DNA of 64,000 bases, taken from NCBI GenBank assembly GCA_904419745.1, contig CAJFSS010000007.1, positions 1 to 64,000 on the forward strand, read 5' to 3'. A program made the translations under genes and the position numbers. Positions 47,273 to 57,012 of the stretch are shown here, piece by piece; position 1 is the stretch's first letter, and every line of letters starts with the position of its first letter. Origin of the DNA: Candidatus Pseudoruminococcus merdavium. GTDB lineage: Bacteria > Bacillota > Clostridia > Oscillospirales > Ruminococcaceae. Below the pieces are notes generated by a model, which was not told where the DNA came from, ran no database searches, and was given only the letters and a program-made list of their open reading frames with translations.

Positions 47273-48197
47273 GCTGTCCGCCTCCTACCAGTGAGATAAA
47301 ATAGTCCTCCAGGTTCTCGCCCCTGGTCTCAATGGCATAGACTTCAATGCCGTTTTCCACCAAGACACGGTTAACCTGATTGGATTCCTCCAAAAACTGA
47401 TAGAGCCGGATCTGCTCCCCGTTTAGGATTTCATAAGATGTGCTGCCGAGTACACGTTCAATCACTGCAGCGGCTTTCGCGCTGTCCCCTACGGTAAACT
47501 GCAGGCATTCCCTGCATTTATCGTGGAGCTGTTCGGCTGAAATTTCCTCAATCAGCTTCCCGCCGTTGAGAAATCCATAATGCGTAGCCAGGCTGGAAAG
47601 CTCCGACAGGATATGGCTGGAGATTAAAATGGTTGTGCCCTTATCCTGGTTGAGCCGGATCAACATATTTCGGACATCCACAATTCCCATTGGGTCAAGG
47701 CCATTAACGGGTTCATCGAGCAACAGAAAATCCGGGTTGCCCATAATCGCCAGTCCTAATCCCAAGCGCTGTTTCATACCAAGGGAAAAATCTTTGAACT
47801 TTTTCTTTCCGGTTCCGGAAAGGCCGACCCGTTCCAAAGCTTCATCGGCGCGGTGTTTTCCCGCAATCCCGCGCTGAAGCCGATAATACTCCAAATTTTC
47901 TCTGGCCGTCATAAAAGGGAAAAAACTTGGAGTTTCTACCATAACTCCGGTACGGCGTCTTGCCTGCTCAAGCCCTTTTGCAGTGTCGTCCCCAAACAGG
48001 GCGATTGCCCCCATATCCGGAATGGTTTGGGAAGCAATAGCACGGATTAAAGTTGTCTTTCCCGCTCCATTTCTTCCCACTAGACCATAAATTTGTCCAC
48101 GCTCTATTGTCATACTGACATGATCAAGCGCCAAAACACTGCCATATTTTTTTGTCAGGTTTTGTGTGACCAAAACAGTTTCCGTCATATCAACCAA
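47265..48197 (-). CDS. ABC transporter ATP-binding protein
   Basis: Walker A GRNGAGKTT, signature motif, and Walker B LLLDEPVNGLD. Confidence 0.9.
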   Translation of the reverse strand: MVDMTETVLVTQNLTKKYGSVLALDHVSMTIERGQIYGLVGRNGAGKTTLIRAIASQTIPDMGAIALFGDDTAKGLEQARRRTGVMVETPSFFPFMTARENLEYYRLQRGIAGKHRADEALERVGLSGTGKKKFKDFSLGMKQRLGLGLAIMGNPDFLLLDEPVNGLDPMGIVDVRNMLIRLNQDKGTTILISSHILSELSSLATHYGFLNGGKLIEEISAEQLHDKCRECLQFTVGDSAKAAAVIERVLGSTSYEILNGEQIRLYQFLEESNQVNRVLVENGIEVYAIETRGENLEDYFISLVGGGQHA

Positions 48198-48297
48198 CCT
48201 TTCTTTCCTTTGATGTCCCTATCATAAGATACCGTGAGTAAGATATGTTCAAGAAAAATTAAAGAAAAGCTAAAGGTTACAGCGGGAAACAGAACCA

Positions 48298-48993
48298 TTA
48301 ATCCGCCATTTTAAACCCGATTCCCCAAACGGTTTTAATATACTCTTCCCCTTCATGATATTTAGCGAGTTTGGCACGCAGATTACTGATATGGACATTG
48401 ACAGTATTGTCTCCGCCAAAAAATTCCTCATTCCATACATGAGTGAAAAGGTTTTCCTTGGTAAATACTTTTTTTGGATAACTCATTAACAGTTGTAAAA
48501 TTTTAAATTCCCGGGCCGTCAGCTGCACTGGATTCCCCGCAACAGTTACAGTGACCGTCTCCGGATCTAGTACCAGGTCTTTATATTTTAATATAATATG
48601 TTCTTCCTTTTCCTGAGCAGAAAATTCCCGGTAACGGCGAAGCTGCGCCTGTACCCTGGCAAGCACTTCCCCCACGTCAAAGGGTTTGGAAATAAAATCG
48701 TCCGCGCCGCTTTTGAGTACGCCAATCCTGTCTTCCATTGCTGTTTTTGCAGAGATGACGATAACCGGAATCGTTTTATCCTTGCGGAGAGTGTCAATCA
48801 ATTCCTCACCTGTAATACCGGGAAGCATCAGATCCAGCAGCAACAAGTCATACTCCCCCTGCTCCAGGCGCAATTTTGCTTCTGTGCCAGAAAAAGCCGA
48901 AGTGACCTGATAGCCTTCCTTTTTTAAAATTGTGCATAACAGTTCATTGATGCTGTTATCATCCTCTACTACCAAAATTTGATAGGGCTGCAT
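48298..48993 (-). CDS. OmpR-family response regulator
   Basis: Receiver domain (ILVVEDD...DLLLLDLMLPG) plus a winged-helix DNA-binding domain. Start is at MQPYQ. Confidence 0.85.
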   Translation of the reverse strand: MQPYQILVVEDDNSINELLCTILKKEGYQVTSAFSGTEAKLRLEQGEYDLLLLDLMLPGITGEELIDTLRKDKTIPVIVISAKTAMEDRIGVLKSGADDFISKPFDVGEVLARVQAQLRRYREFSAQEKEEHIILKYKDLVLDPETVTVTVAGNPVQLTAREFKILQLLMSYPKKVFTKENLFTHVWNEEFFGGDNTVNVHISNLRAKLAKYHEGEEYIKTVWGIGFKMAD

Positions 48994-49016
48994 AATTCCT
49001 TCCTCCTGTCCATTTC

Positions 49017-50039
49017 TCATGCAATCAGGTTTCCAATCACCTGTCTAAATTTCGGGTAGATCCCGGTTTTATCCTTTCCAAGATGATAGTAGTTCTGACA
49101 CATGTCATAACCAGGAATCGTATTTCCTTCCACAAGTACCGGTCCACTTTCAGAAATTGCCACATCCCACCCGACATAGCGGACTTCTTTAATTTCCAAA
49201 GCGGCGCGTTTTACCATTTCCAAAGCCTTATGGAAGCAGGGGATCTGGAAACCCAAGAGCTTTGCCCCTGTATAGGGATGTACTTCATAGTATTCCCCCG
49301 TCGCATCACAAAAAGCTGGTTTACAGAGAACACCGTTTCCATCCACTGGACAATACATCCCATCACTGGAGATATTGTCAACAAAACGTTTTCCGTCTCC
49401 AATCCGGATAAGCGCATACATGATATGTATCTGTCCATCCTTGACCAAGGTAACAATTCGGATTGTATTGACTGAGGAAGCGCACAAGCTGCTCATCTTC
49501 GTATCCTGTTGGATACACTCCTCTACCAAATATTGTTTTCCAGCCATCATCATCTGATACAGGTGTCTATGATCTTGGAATTGATTCAGTTCCAGTTTTG
49601 CAATTCCTTTACCGCCAAAATTGTTCACAGTTTTCGCAAAAATCACTTCTTTTCCCATTAGAAAGTGATCAAACTCTTCAAATCCGCATTCCCGCAAATC
49701 AAGAAACTCACGGCCGATATACTCGGAAAAACGGCGATTAAATTCGCATTTGTCTACAAAAATCTGCGAAGCGTCCCGATCGTTCATTGCTCGGACAACC
49801 GAAAGATTGTCATTCATAGTCATGAATGTACGGCGTTTTTCCTTTCCTCGGACATAAGCAAAGCCAAATACCTGGTAATCCTGGTAGCCGACCCCATAGA
49901 CAACCGCACAGTAGACCATATCTAAAAAAATCAGTAAGCAAGGCTTTTGAGAATCATCATGAACTTGTCGGATAATTCTCCACATCTTTTTCAGGCTCAT
50001 GCCACGAAGCCTGTGGAAAAAAGTTTTTATCTTTTTCAT
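49017..50039 (-). CDS. sugar-transfer-associated ATP-grasp family protein
   Basis: ATP-grasp fold pattern (...FAKTVNNFGGKGIAKL...). Start is at MKKIKTF, with the ribosome-binding site AGAGGAG. The ORF track's upstream extension overlaps the oxidoreductase gamma-subunit gene and was rejected. Confidence 0.55.
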   Translation of the reverse strand: MKKIKTFFHRLRGMSLKKMWRIIRQVHDDSQKPCLLIFLDMVYCAVVYGVGYQDYQVFGFAYVRGKEKRRTFMTMNDNLSVVRAMNDRDASQIFVDKCEFNRRFSEYIGREFLDLRECGFEEFDHFLMGKEVIFAKTVNNFGGKGIAKLELNQFQDHRHLYQMMMAGKQYLVEECIQQDTKMSSLCASSVNTIRIVTLVKDGQIHIMYALIRIGDGKRFVDNISSDGMYCPVDGNGVLCKPAFCDATGEYYEVHPYTGAKLLGFQIPCFHKALEMVKRAALEIKEVRYVGWDVAISESGPVLVEGNTIPGYDMCQNYYHLGKDKTGIYPKFRQVIGNLIA

Positions 50040-50070
50040 GTCATTTTCTCCTCTTGTCTTCATTCCACAT

Positions 50071-50104
50071 AAAAAGAAAGCGTATCTCCTCAGAGATACG
50101 CTTT
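50071..50104 (-). terminator. Terminator of the 2-oxoacid oxidoreductase operon: AGCGTATCTC-ctca-GAGATACGCT followed by TTCTTTTT on the minus-strand transcript
   Basis: A 10 bp perfect stem, 40 bp after the gamma-subunit stop, followed by a U-run. Confidence 0.75.
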
Positions 50105-50143
50105 CATCATAGCATGATACGACAGAAAATTCAATTAGATGAC

Positions 50144-50680
50144 TTATAATGTCATACCGAGATCGATTGCACGGATATTGGCATCCAACAGATGTGCTTT
50201 CCTTGCAGAAACACATTTACCAATCCCTTTCTTGACGCCCTCATAGGAAGCAAACTGGGTTTCCTTAAGAACTTTACCAAGCAGGATAATATTGGCCAGG
50301 CTTTGGAGATTCTCGGAATTGGAGAGTTCCGTTGCCGGGACATAATAGACGTCTATATCTGTACGTTCGCATTTGACATCAATCAAGCTGGAATCCAAAA
50401 AGACCTTCCCACCTGCCGGGACAGCATCAATAAACTTCTGATAGCTTGGGAGGTTCATCGCAATCAGGATATTCGGATTGATGACAACCGGAGAGGCAAT
50501 CGGCTCATCTGAGATGCATACGCTACAGTTTGCCGTACCGCCTCTCATTTCAGGGCCGTAAGAAGGAAGCCAGGAAACCTGTTTGCCTTCCATCAAGCCC
50601 GTATAGGCCATGACCTTGCCCGCAAACAGAATACCCTGTCCGCCAAAGCCTGCCAAAACAATGTTTTTTGTATCAGCCAT
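50144..50680 (-). CDS. 2-oxoacid:ferredoxin oxidoreductase gamma subunit
   Basis: 178 aa with the typical gamma-subunit pattern ([12 protein letters not shown]...). Confidence 0.85.
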   Translation of the reverse strand: MADTKNIVLAGFGGQGILFAGKVMAYTGLMEGKQVSWLPSYGPEMRGGTANCSVCISDEPIASPVVINPNILIAMNLPSYQKFIDAVPAGGKVFLDSSLIDVKCERTDIDVYYVPATELSNSENLQSLANIILLGKVLKETQFASYEGVKKGIGKCVSARKAHLLDANIRAIDLGMTL

Positions 50681-51432
50681 TATCTTACACCCTCCTCTGT
50701 CTTATCCTTATAGACGCCAAGCGGGTAATACGGAATCATATTCTCTCTCAGCCAGTCCAGAGCCTCTACCGGAGTAAGTCCCCAGTTGGTCGGACAGGTT
50801 GAGAGGACTTCAATGATGGAAAAGCCCTTCTTATCGATCTGAGCCTGGAAGCCCTTTTTAATGGCAGCCTTTGCTTCCCGGACATGCTGGACATTATCCA
50901 CGGTTACACGTTGAGCAAACGCAACGCCGGACAATGTGGAGAGCATCTCGCACATGCGGATCGGGAAACCGGAGTAGTTAACATCACGTCCATATGGAGT
51001 AGTCTGGGTGACCTGACCGGGCAGTGTGGTCGGCGCCATCTGTCCGCCGGTCATACCATAGATTGCATTGTTGATAAAAATGATGGTGATGTTTTCACCT
51101 CTAGTAGCTGCATGAACGGTTTCTGCGGTACCGATTGCTGCAAGGTCGCCGTCGCCCTGATAGGTAAAGACGACATTTTCCGGGAGCGCACGGCGCACAC
51201 CAGTTGCCACCGCAGGAGCACGGCCGTGCGGAGCCTCGATCATGTCACAGTTAAAATAATTATATGCCAAAACGGAACAGCCGACCGGAACGACACCGAC
51301 GGTCTTCCCCTCTACGCCGAGTTCATCAATGACCTCTGCAACCAGCCTATGTACAATGCCATGGGTACAGCCCGGGCAATAATGGGTAATGGCATCGGTC
51401 AGGGCATGTGGTTTTTGAAATACAACTGCCAT
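50680..51432 (-). CDS. 2-oxoacid:ferredoxin oxidoreductase beta subunit (TPP-binding)
   Basis: 250 aa with the TPP-binding motif GDGD (YQGDGDLAAIG) and the cysteines that hold the Fe-S cluster. Confidence 0.85.
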   Translation of the reverse strand: MAVVFQKPHALTDAITHYCPGCTHGIVHRLVAEVIDELGVEGKTVGVVPVGCSVLAYNYFNCDMIEAPHGRAPAVATGVRRALPENVVFTYQGDGDLAAIGTAETVHAATRGENITIIFINNAIYGMTGGQMAPTTLPGQVTQTTPYGRDVNYSGFPIRMCEMLSTLSGVAFAQRVTVDNVQHVREAKAAIKKGFQAQIDKKGFSIIEVLSTCPTNWGLTPVEALDWLRENMIPYYPLGVYKDKTEEGVR

Positions 51433-52493
51433 TATTCAGCACCCCCTGTGTGTTTTTTAATTGCTTCGAACACTTCTGACGGAGCCGGAATCACGCCGCC
51501 GGTTCTTCCAAAGAAGGCAACCGGTTTGCTGGAATGGATAGCCAGAGTGACGTCCTCCACCATCTGGCCCATGCTCATTTCCACGCACAGGAATTTCTTT
51601 GCGTGTTCCGCTGCTTTTTCAAAGCTTGCCTTCGGGAACGGCCACAGGGTAATCGGGCGGATAAGGCCGGCTTTGATACCAATTTCCCTTGCCTGGTTGA
51701 CTGCCGCTTTTGCAATTCTCGCAGTGGCGCCATAGGCGACCAGGACAATATCCGCATCCTCGGTCAAGTACTCTTCCGCTTTCGGCTCGTTCTTCTCAAC
51801 GATTTTATAGCGCTCAAAACGCTGATGTACCAAATCCTCGAGTTCCTGCGGGGTCAGATACAGGGAGTTGACGACGTTGTGCGCCCTCTTGTTTTCATGG
51901 CCCGTGGTTGCCCAGGACTTGTCATGCGGATGGATGACCGGATCGGTGAATTCGACCGGTTCCATCATCTGGCCCAAAACACCATCGCTGAGGATCATGG
52001 CCGGCATACGGTACTGCTCTGCCTTGTCAAAAGCCTCATAGACATAGTCCACCATTTCCTGAACGGAGGACGGAGCATAGACAAGGACATGGAAATCTCC
52101 ATGGCCGAGCGCCTTGGTTGCCTGCCAGTAATCGGACTGGGCCGGCTGGATACTGCCGAGGCCCGGGCCGCCACGCTGGACGTTGACGACTACGCAGGGA
52201 ACATCAGAGCCGGCAATATACGAAATACCCTCTGTTTTCAGGGAAATACCCGGAGAAGAAGAGGAGGTCATTGCACGCACGCCGCAGGAGGCAGCGCCGA
52301 GCACCATATTGATTGCAGCGACTTCGGATTCCGCCTGAAGGAAGGTGCCGCCGATCTTCGGCATCTTTTTGGACAAATATGCGGAAATCTCTGTCTGCGG
52401 AGTAATCGGATAACCAAAGAAATGACGGCAGCCGGCACGGATTGCCGCTTCTGCAATTGCCTCATTTCCTTTCATGAGAACTTTTTCAGCCAT
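51432..52493 (-). CDS. 2-oxoacid:ferredoxin oxidoreductase alpha subunit
   Basis: 353 aa. Start and stop codons overlap those of the delta and beta genes. Confidence 0.85.
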   Translation of the reverse strand: MAEKVLMKGNEAIAEAAIRAGCRHFFGYPITPQTEISAYLSKKMPKIGGTFLQAESEVAAINMVLGAASCGVRAMTSSSSPGISLKTEGISYIAGSDVPCVVVNVQRGGPGLGSIQPAQSDYWQATKALGHGDFHVLVYAPSSVQEMVDYVYEAFDKAEQYRMPAMILSDGVLGQMMEPVEFTDPVIHPHDKSWATTGHENKRAHNVVNSLYLTPQELEDLVHQRFERYKIVEKNEPKAEEYLTEDADIVLVAYGATARIAKAAVNQAREIGIKAGLIRPITLWPFPKASFEKAAEHAKKFLCVEMSMGQMVEDVTLAIHSSKPVAFFGRTGGVIPAPSEVFEAIKKHTGGAE

Positions 52494-52502
52494 GTTGTCT
52501 TC

Positions 52503-52709
52503 CTACCTTTCTACTGTAATCGCGACGTCCGGACACATCGTTGCGCACATTGCGCATCCGATGCACTTGTCCATATCAATGACTTCTGCCGGATGAAGGC
52601 CCTTCTCGTTGAGACGGGTCTTGGAAAGGGCGATAATTTTTTTCGGACAAGCAGTCACGCAAAGCCCGCACCCTTTGCAGCGCGATTCATTGACGGTCAT
52701 TTTGGCCAT
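52503..52709 (-). CDS. 2-oxoacid:ferredoxin oxidoreductase delta subunit (2x[4Fe-4S] ferredoxin)
   Basis: 68 aa with two CxxCxxCxxxCP motifs. Ribosome-binding site GGAGGTG. The ORF track's N-terminal extension was rejected. Confidence 0.85.
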   Translation of the reverse strand: MAKMTVNESRCKGCGLCVTACPKKIIALSKTRLNEKGLHPAEVIDMDKCIGCAMCATMCPDVAITVER

Positions 52710-52776
52710 GAAAACACCTCCACTGTTTGTTAAGAGTTCGGCAGAAAAAATTCCTGCAAAGCTCCAAATTCTTGCC

Positions 52777-53451
52777 TTATTTTTCCCAAAGAGTTTTGAC
52801 ATACCGTTTGACCGGGTACAAATGCTCCACCTGGCCGGACAAAGCTTGTGCAACATCCTCTTTCACCGCAGTCCCGAGCAGCGGAACGCCACTGAGAGAG
52901 GAAATCTCCTTGGCATAACGGATGGATTCCAACACCGTTTCCGGTCCGGTTTCCTCCGATAAATGCGAATTGTTGATAATCCCTGTGACTTTCAGCCGGG
53001 AGCTTGCTTCAATCCGGCGGAGAAGTCCGACCGCCTCCTCGACATCCGGGTCGACGTGGCGGTAACGATTTACTACATATAGCATGGAATATGCATGCTG
53101 ACTAAATAAATGGGCGTATTGTCCCAGGGCAATCGCCCCGTCGTCATCGCCGCCCACATCAAAAATCACATAGGAATCCGGCTGATTAAATGCCGAATAG
53201 ATTTTGGGATTCACCACTGGAAGATCCAAGTTGGTGTTGGCAAATTCCGGATTAATGACCTCAATTCCCTGACTGCCAAACAACTCCACAAAATCTGCGG
53301 TACGGAAATAGGGGTTCACAATATCCAAATCCACCACGACAACTTTTTCCCCTTGCGCCCGAAGATCCATTGCCAAGTTGACGCTCAAATTGGTTTTTCC
53401 GCTCCCATAATGCCCTGTCACCACAATCAGATGAGAGAGTTCCTTTATCAA
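52777..53451 (-). CDS. P-loop NTPase (MinD/ParA/CooC-like ATP-binding protein)
   Basis: 224 aa with Walker A GHYGSGKTN. Lies upstream of, and on the same strand as, the oxidoreductase genes. Confidence 0.65.
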   Translation of the reverse strand: MIKELSHLIVVTGHYGSGKTNLSVNLAMDLRAQGEKVVVVDLDIVNPYFRTADFVELFGSQGIEVINPEFANTNLDLPVVNPKIYSAFNQPDSYVIFDVGGDDDGAIALGQYAHLFSQHAYSMLYVVNRYRHVDPDVEEAVGLLRRIEASSRLKVTGIINNSHLSEETGPETVLESIRYAKEISSLSGVPLLGTAVKEDVAQALSGQVEHLYPVKRYVKTLWEK

Positions 53452-53842
53452 AAAAGTACCACCTTTCGTTGATATACAAAATGTCCTCTACTCAGGACAG
53501 TGAAAGCAGCCGCGGCTATGGCTGAACGCCATCCAATTATGGCTGCTTTATGGTTATTATAGCATTTTTATTTCCACCAGACAATTTCTAGTGTCTGGAT
53601 TTTTGCTTAAGAAAACAGACAATTTTCCAAGCGAATTTTAGATGTTTTGTATAATACCAAATGCCTCCTATCTACTTTTTGAATATTATACACAAAATGC
53701 ATTCTATAAGACCCTTCTATTTAGAAAAAATAGCCTACAAGGTTTTCCTTTCAAATACAATTTACAATAATTGTACTTTTTGAAAAAACATTTCACATAA
53801 ACGTCTTTTCCGTTTTCATGGAAAAATAAATTCGATTTTCCC

Positions 53843-53871
53843 TTGCATATTTTTATGAGATCGACTATACT
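53843..53871 (+). promoter_or_regulatory. Promoter for the T-box-serS transcript: TTGCAT, a 17 bp spacer, then TATACT
   Basis: Near-consensus -35 and -10 elements, with correct spacing, just upstream of the T-box leader. Confidence 0.55.
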
Positions 53872-53877
53872 CTAGAA

Positions 53878-54120
53878 AACAGGATCTTTCAGCTAAGACA
53901 GGAGAAGCGGCCCTTTCCTTTTGTATCAGAGAACCGGCGGTAGGTGCAAGTCGGGCAAAAGCTGGGTTTTTCCACTCCCCGAGCTGCCGGCGACGAGCCG
54001 GAGGGACGTGCCCTTTACCGCACGGATTGAGTGGCCGGAACCTGAACTTCCGGCAATTTGGGTGGCAACGCGGAATCCTTCCGTCCCAGAATGGGACAGA
54101 GGGATTTTTTATTTTTTGAT
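53878..54120 (+). promoter_or_regulatory. T-box riboswitch leader (tRNA-Ser sensing) with terminator and antiterminator
   Basis: The conserved T-box sequence AATTTGGGTGGCAACGCGG is followed by the hairpin CCTTCCGTCCCA...TGGGACAGAGGG and then ATTTTTTATTTTTT. An AGAGA motif is present in stem I. It lies immediately 5' of serS. Confidence 0.8.
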
Positions 54121-54145
54121 CTGAAAACTATAGGAGGAATCCACA

Positions 54146-55426
54146 ATGCTGGACATCAAATTTCTCCGGGCAAACCCGGATGCGGTCAAGGAAAATATTA
54201 AGCGCAAATTCCAGGATGAAAAGCTCCCACTGGTCGATGAGGTGATTGCTTTTGACGAGGAGTACCGCGCGGCAAAAACCCGCTGCGACTATCTGCGGGG
54301 ACAGCGCAATTCTATCAGCAAACAGATTGGCGGATTTATGGCAAAAGGCATGAAAGAGGAAGCGGAACAGGCAAAGGCCCAAGTTACTTCCATGGCAAAA
54401 GAACTCAGTGAACTGGAAGCACGAGAAGAAGAGCTCTCCGCACTCATCCGCGAGCGGATGCTGGTAATCCCGAACATTATCGATCCTTCCGTCCCCATCG
54501 GGAAGGACGACAGCGAGAACGTCGAAGTTGAACGCTTTGGCGAACCGGTTGTACCGGATTTTGAAATTCCCTACCATGTGGACATCATGGAACGGTTGAA
54601 TGGAATCGATCTGGACAGCGCAAGAAAGACAAGCGGAAACGGATTCTACTACCTGTGCGGAGACATCGCACGCCTGCATTCTGCCATCCTCTCCTATGCG
54701 CGCGATTTCATGATCGACCGGGGATTTACCTATTATATCCCCCCGTTTATGATTCGCGGAGACGTTGTCAACGGCGTCATGAGCTTTGCGGAAATGGAAA
54801 ACATGATGTACAAAATTGAAGGGGAAGACCTGTATCTGATTGGGACCAGCGAACACTCGATGATCGGCAAATTCATCGACACCATTCTCACCGAGGATAA
54901 GCTCCCACAGGCTCTTACCAGTTATTCCCCCTGCTTCCGCAAAGAAGTAGGTGCGCATGGCATTGAAGAACGCGGCGTCTACCGGATCCATCAGTTTGAA
55001 AAGCAGGAGATGATCGTTGTCTGCAAACCGGAAGAGAGCATGGAGTGGTTTGAAAAACTCTACCACAATACAGTCGACTTTTTCCGTTCTCTTGACATCC
55101 CGGTGCGCACCTTGGAATGCTGCTCCGGAGACCTTGCAGATTTGAAGGTCAAGAGCATCGATGTGGAAGCCTGGTCCCCCCGTCAGAAAAAGTATTTTGA
55201 AGTGGGAAGCTGCTCTAATTTAGGGGATGCACAGGCACGCCGGCTTGGTATTCGTGTGAAAAACAAGGAAAAGGGGAACTACCTCCCCCATACACTCAAC
55301 AACACGGTTGTTGCTCCCCCGCGTATGCTGATAGCTTTTCTGGAAAACAATCTCAACGCGGACGGTTCTGTCAATATCCCTGAACCCCTGCGGATGTATA
55401 TGGGCGGCAAATCCCTGATTCAATAA
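54146..55426 (+). CDS. serS: seryl-tRNA synthetase
   Basis: 426 aa with an N-terminal coiled-coil arm and class II aaRS motifs. MLDIKFLRANPDAVKENIKRK... is the canonical SerS start. Confidence 0.95.
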   Translation: MLDIKFLRANPDAVKENIKRKFQDEKLPLVDEVIAFDEEYRAAKTRCDYLRGQRNSISKQIGGFMAKGMKEEAEQAKAQVTSMAKELSELEAREEELSALIRERMLVIPNIIDPSVPIGKDDSENVEVERFGEPVVPDFEIPYHVDIMERLNGIDLDSARKTSGNGFYYLCGDIARLHSAILSYARDFMIDRGFTYYIPPFMIRGDVVNGVMSFAEMENMMYKIEGEDLYLIGTSEHSMIGKFIDTILTEDKLPQALTSYSPCFRKEVGAHGIEERGVYRIHQFEKQEMIVVCKPEESMEWFEKLYHNTVDFFRSLDIPVRTLECCSGDLADLKVKSIDVEAWSPRQKKYFEVGSCSNLGDAQARRLGIRVKNKEKGNYLPHTLNNTVVAPPRMLIAFLENNLNADGSVNIPEPLRMYMGGKSLIQ

Positions 55427-55501
55427 CTTTGGAGTCATAAAGCAGGAGGGCTTTTAAAAAGTCCTCCTGTTTTTTCAAAGTCCCGGACAAGGAGACATTA
55501 T

Positions 55502-55907
55502 ATGCAAATTTCATATAAAGAAACAAAGAACTTCTCCCCCCAAAGAACTGGAGCGGCTGTTCTTATCAGTCGGCTGGGAATCCGGCAGATATCCCCAGCG
55601 TTTATCCCGTGCCATGAAGCATTCCTCTCAAGTCATCTCCGCGTGGAACGGCGATAAGCTTGTCGGATTGGTCCGAGGACTGGACGACGGAGAAACTGTG
55701 GCGTTCTTGCACTATTTATTGGTAGACCCGGAATATCAGAAACTGCATATCGGAGGAGAACTGATGAGACGGATTTTAAAAAAATATGAGCATCATTTGT
55801 ATGTAAAAATCATTCCATCCGACCCAGCCACTATCCCTTTTTATCAAAAATTTGGATTTCAGGAGTACGACAATTACTCCGCAATGGTCATCAAGCAGTT
55901 CAAGTAA
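55502..55907 (+). pseudogene. GNAT-family N-acetyltransferase interrupted by a +1 frameshift in a C6 homopolymer (55536..55541)
   Basis: The frame beginning at ATG 55502 reads MQISYKETKNFSP. After the C6 run the reading continues in the +1 frame as PKELERLFLSVGWESGRYPQRLSRAMKHSS, which joins the 55614..55907 ORF. Removing one C restores a contiguous GNAT of about 135 aa. Confidence 0.55.
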
Positions 55908-55990
55908 TGATCTCTGGTTAACTTTACAAGAAATCACTGATAGTAAACAGAATAAAATATCAGGCGATGGGAACCCCATCGCCTGATATT

Positions 55991-56773
55991 TTATTCTTTC
56001 CATTCTATATATGCCATGACGCCATAATGGTCGCTAGCACACAATCCGGTTGTTGGTGAAATTTCTGTTCCAAATTGCTCTACCTGTTTTAAAACAACCG
56101 AGTGAATGCCATCCATTACATAAATCCTGTCTGCCGCATAGGGAATATCCGTTGTATTCTTTCTTTCCCAACGAGGATTATGGATAAAATCCAGTGTTGG
56201 CTTTAGTGGAATTCCATGAAGTACTGCATAGGCGCTGGAGAGTTCATACCAGTATGGTTTCGCTTCCATTCCATCGATGGTCTGTTCTCCAAGCAGATAC
56301 CTGTGTACGCTGGAATTCAAGCTCCCATTAAAATCTCCCAGCATAACAGAGTAGTCCGCCAACGCTGCCTGTTCATGGAGATAGCGATCAATTGCAAGAA
56401 TCTGTTCCTCTTTTCTTCGGGCGGAGTCCCAGGGAAGGTGTAGATTTAGAAAAGATATGCGTCGCCCTTGTACGCGTAGAATGATATGAAGCGCAGCAGC
56501 ATACGCATATTCTTTGCTGGTACCCAGAAAAAAGCTAAAATCAAACGGATACCTGCTCAGAATCGCCAGTCCTTCCTCCTCGTCCAAATATTTTCCATAT
56601 ACACAATAGGGGTAGTCCACTTGTCTTAAGAGATGTTTTTCATAAAAATCCGGCGTTACCTCCTGCAGCCCGATGATATCCGCACCAGTTCGGCAGACTT
56701 CATCCAAAATCTGCAAAGTTCTATTTCCTCTACCCTTATTTTCGTTCCAAACATTATAGGTAGCCCATTTCAT
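55991..56773 (-). CDS. endonuclease/exonuclease/phosphatase (EEP) family protein
   Basis: 260 aa with the EEP fold pattern (WNENKGRGNRTLQILDEVCRTGADIIGLQEV...). Confidence 0.8.
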   Translation of the reverse strand: MKWATYNVWNENKGRGNRTLQILDEVCRTGADIIGLQEVTPDFYEKHLLRQVDYPYCVYGKYLDEEEGLAILSRYPFDFSFFLGTSKEYAYAAALHIILRVQGRRISFLNLHLPWDSARRKEEQILAIDRYLHEQAALADYSVMLGDFNGSLNSSVHRYLLGEQTIDGMEAKPYWYELSSAYAVLHGIPLKPTLDFIHNPRWERKNTTDIPYAADRIYVMDGIHSVVLKQVEQFGTEISPTTGLCASDHYGVMAYIEWKE

Positions 56774-56885
56774 TTACAACTATCCTTTCTCAATGCCTGC
56801 AAACAATCCCTGTACACCGACTATAGCAAAACTTTGCTTTTTAAAACAGAGAAAAAACATTTATATTCGATTTTTATAATAAATT

Positions 56886-56910
56886 ACCCCCTGCCTTTCG
56901 GCAGGGGTAC
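56886..56910 (-). terminator. spo0A terminator hairpin: CCCCTGCC-tttc-GGCAGGGG
   Basis: An 8 bp GC-rich perfect stem about 100 bp after the spo0A stop. The downstream tail is only moderately U-rich. Confidence 0.55.
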
Positions 56911-57012
56911 CAATGGGTTACAGCGAAAGCGGATAGCCCGAAAGGCCGTCGGAAACCGGCGGCTTTTTCGGACAGGAATTGTAAGGAAGATATGGGGTTT
57001 ATAGACACGCCT

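Noticed and set aside
50040-50216. An upstream extension of the ATP-grasp ORF ([16 protein letters not shown]...)
   Set aside because: It overlaps the oxidoreductase gamma-subunit gene and its terminator. A strong ribosome-binding site precedes MKKIKTF at 50039.
52710-52856. An N-terminal extension of the ferredoxin (delta) subunit ORF
   Set aside because: The ferredoxin domain begins at MAKMTVNESRCKGCG, which has a GGAGGTG ribosome-binding site. The extension overlaps the upstream P-loop NTPase gene.
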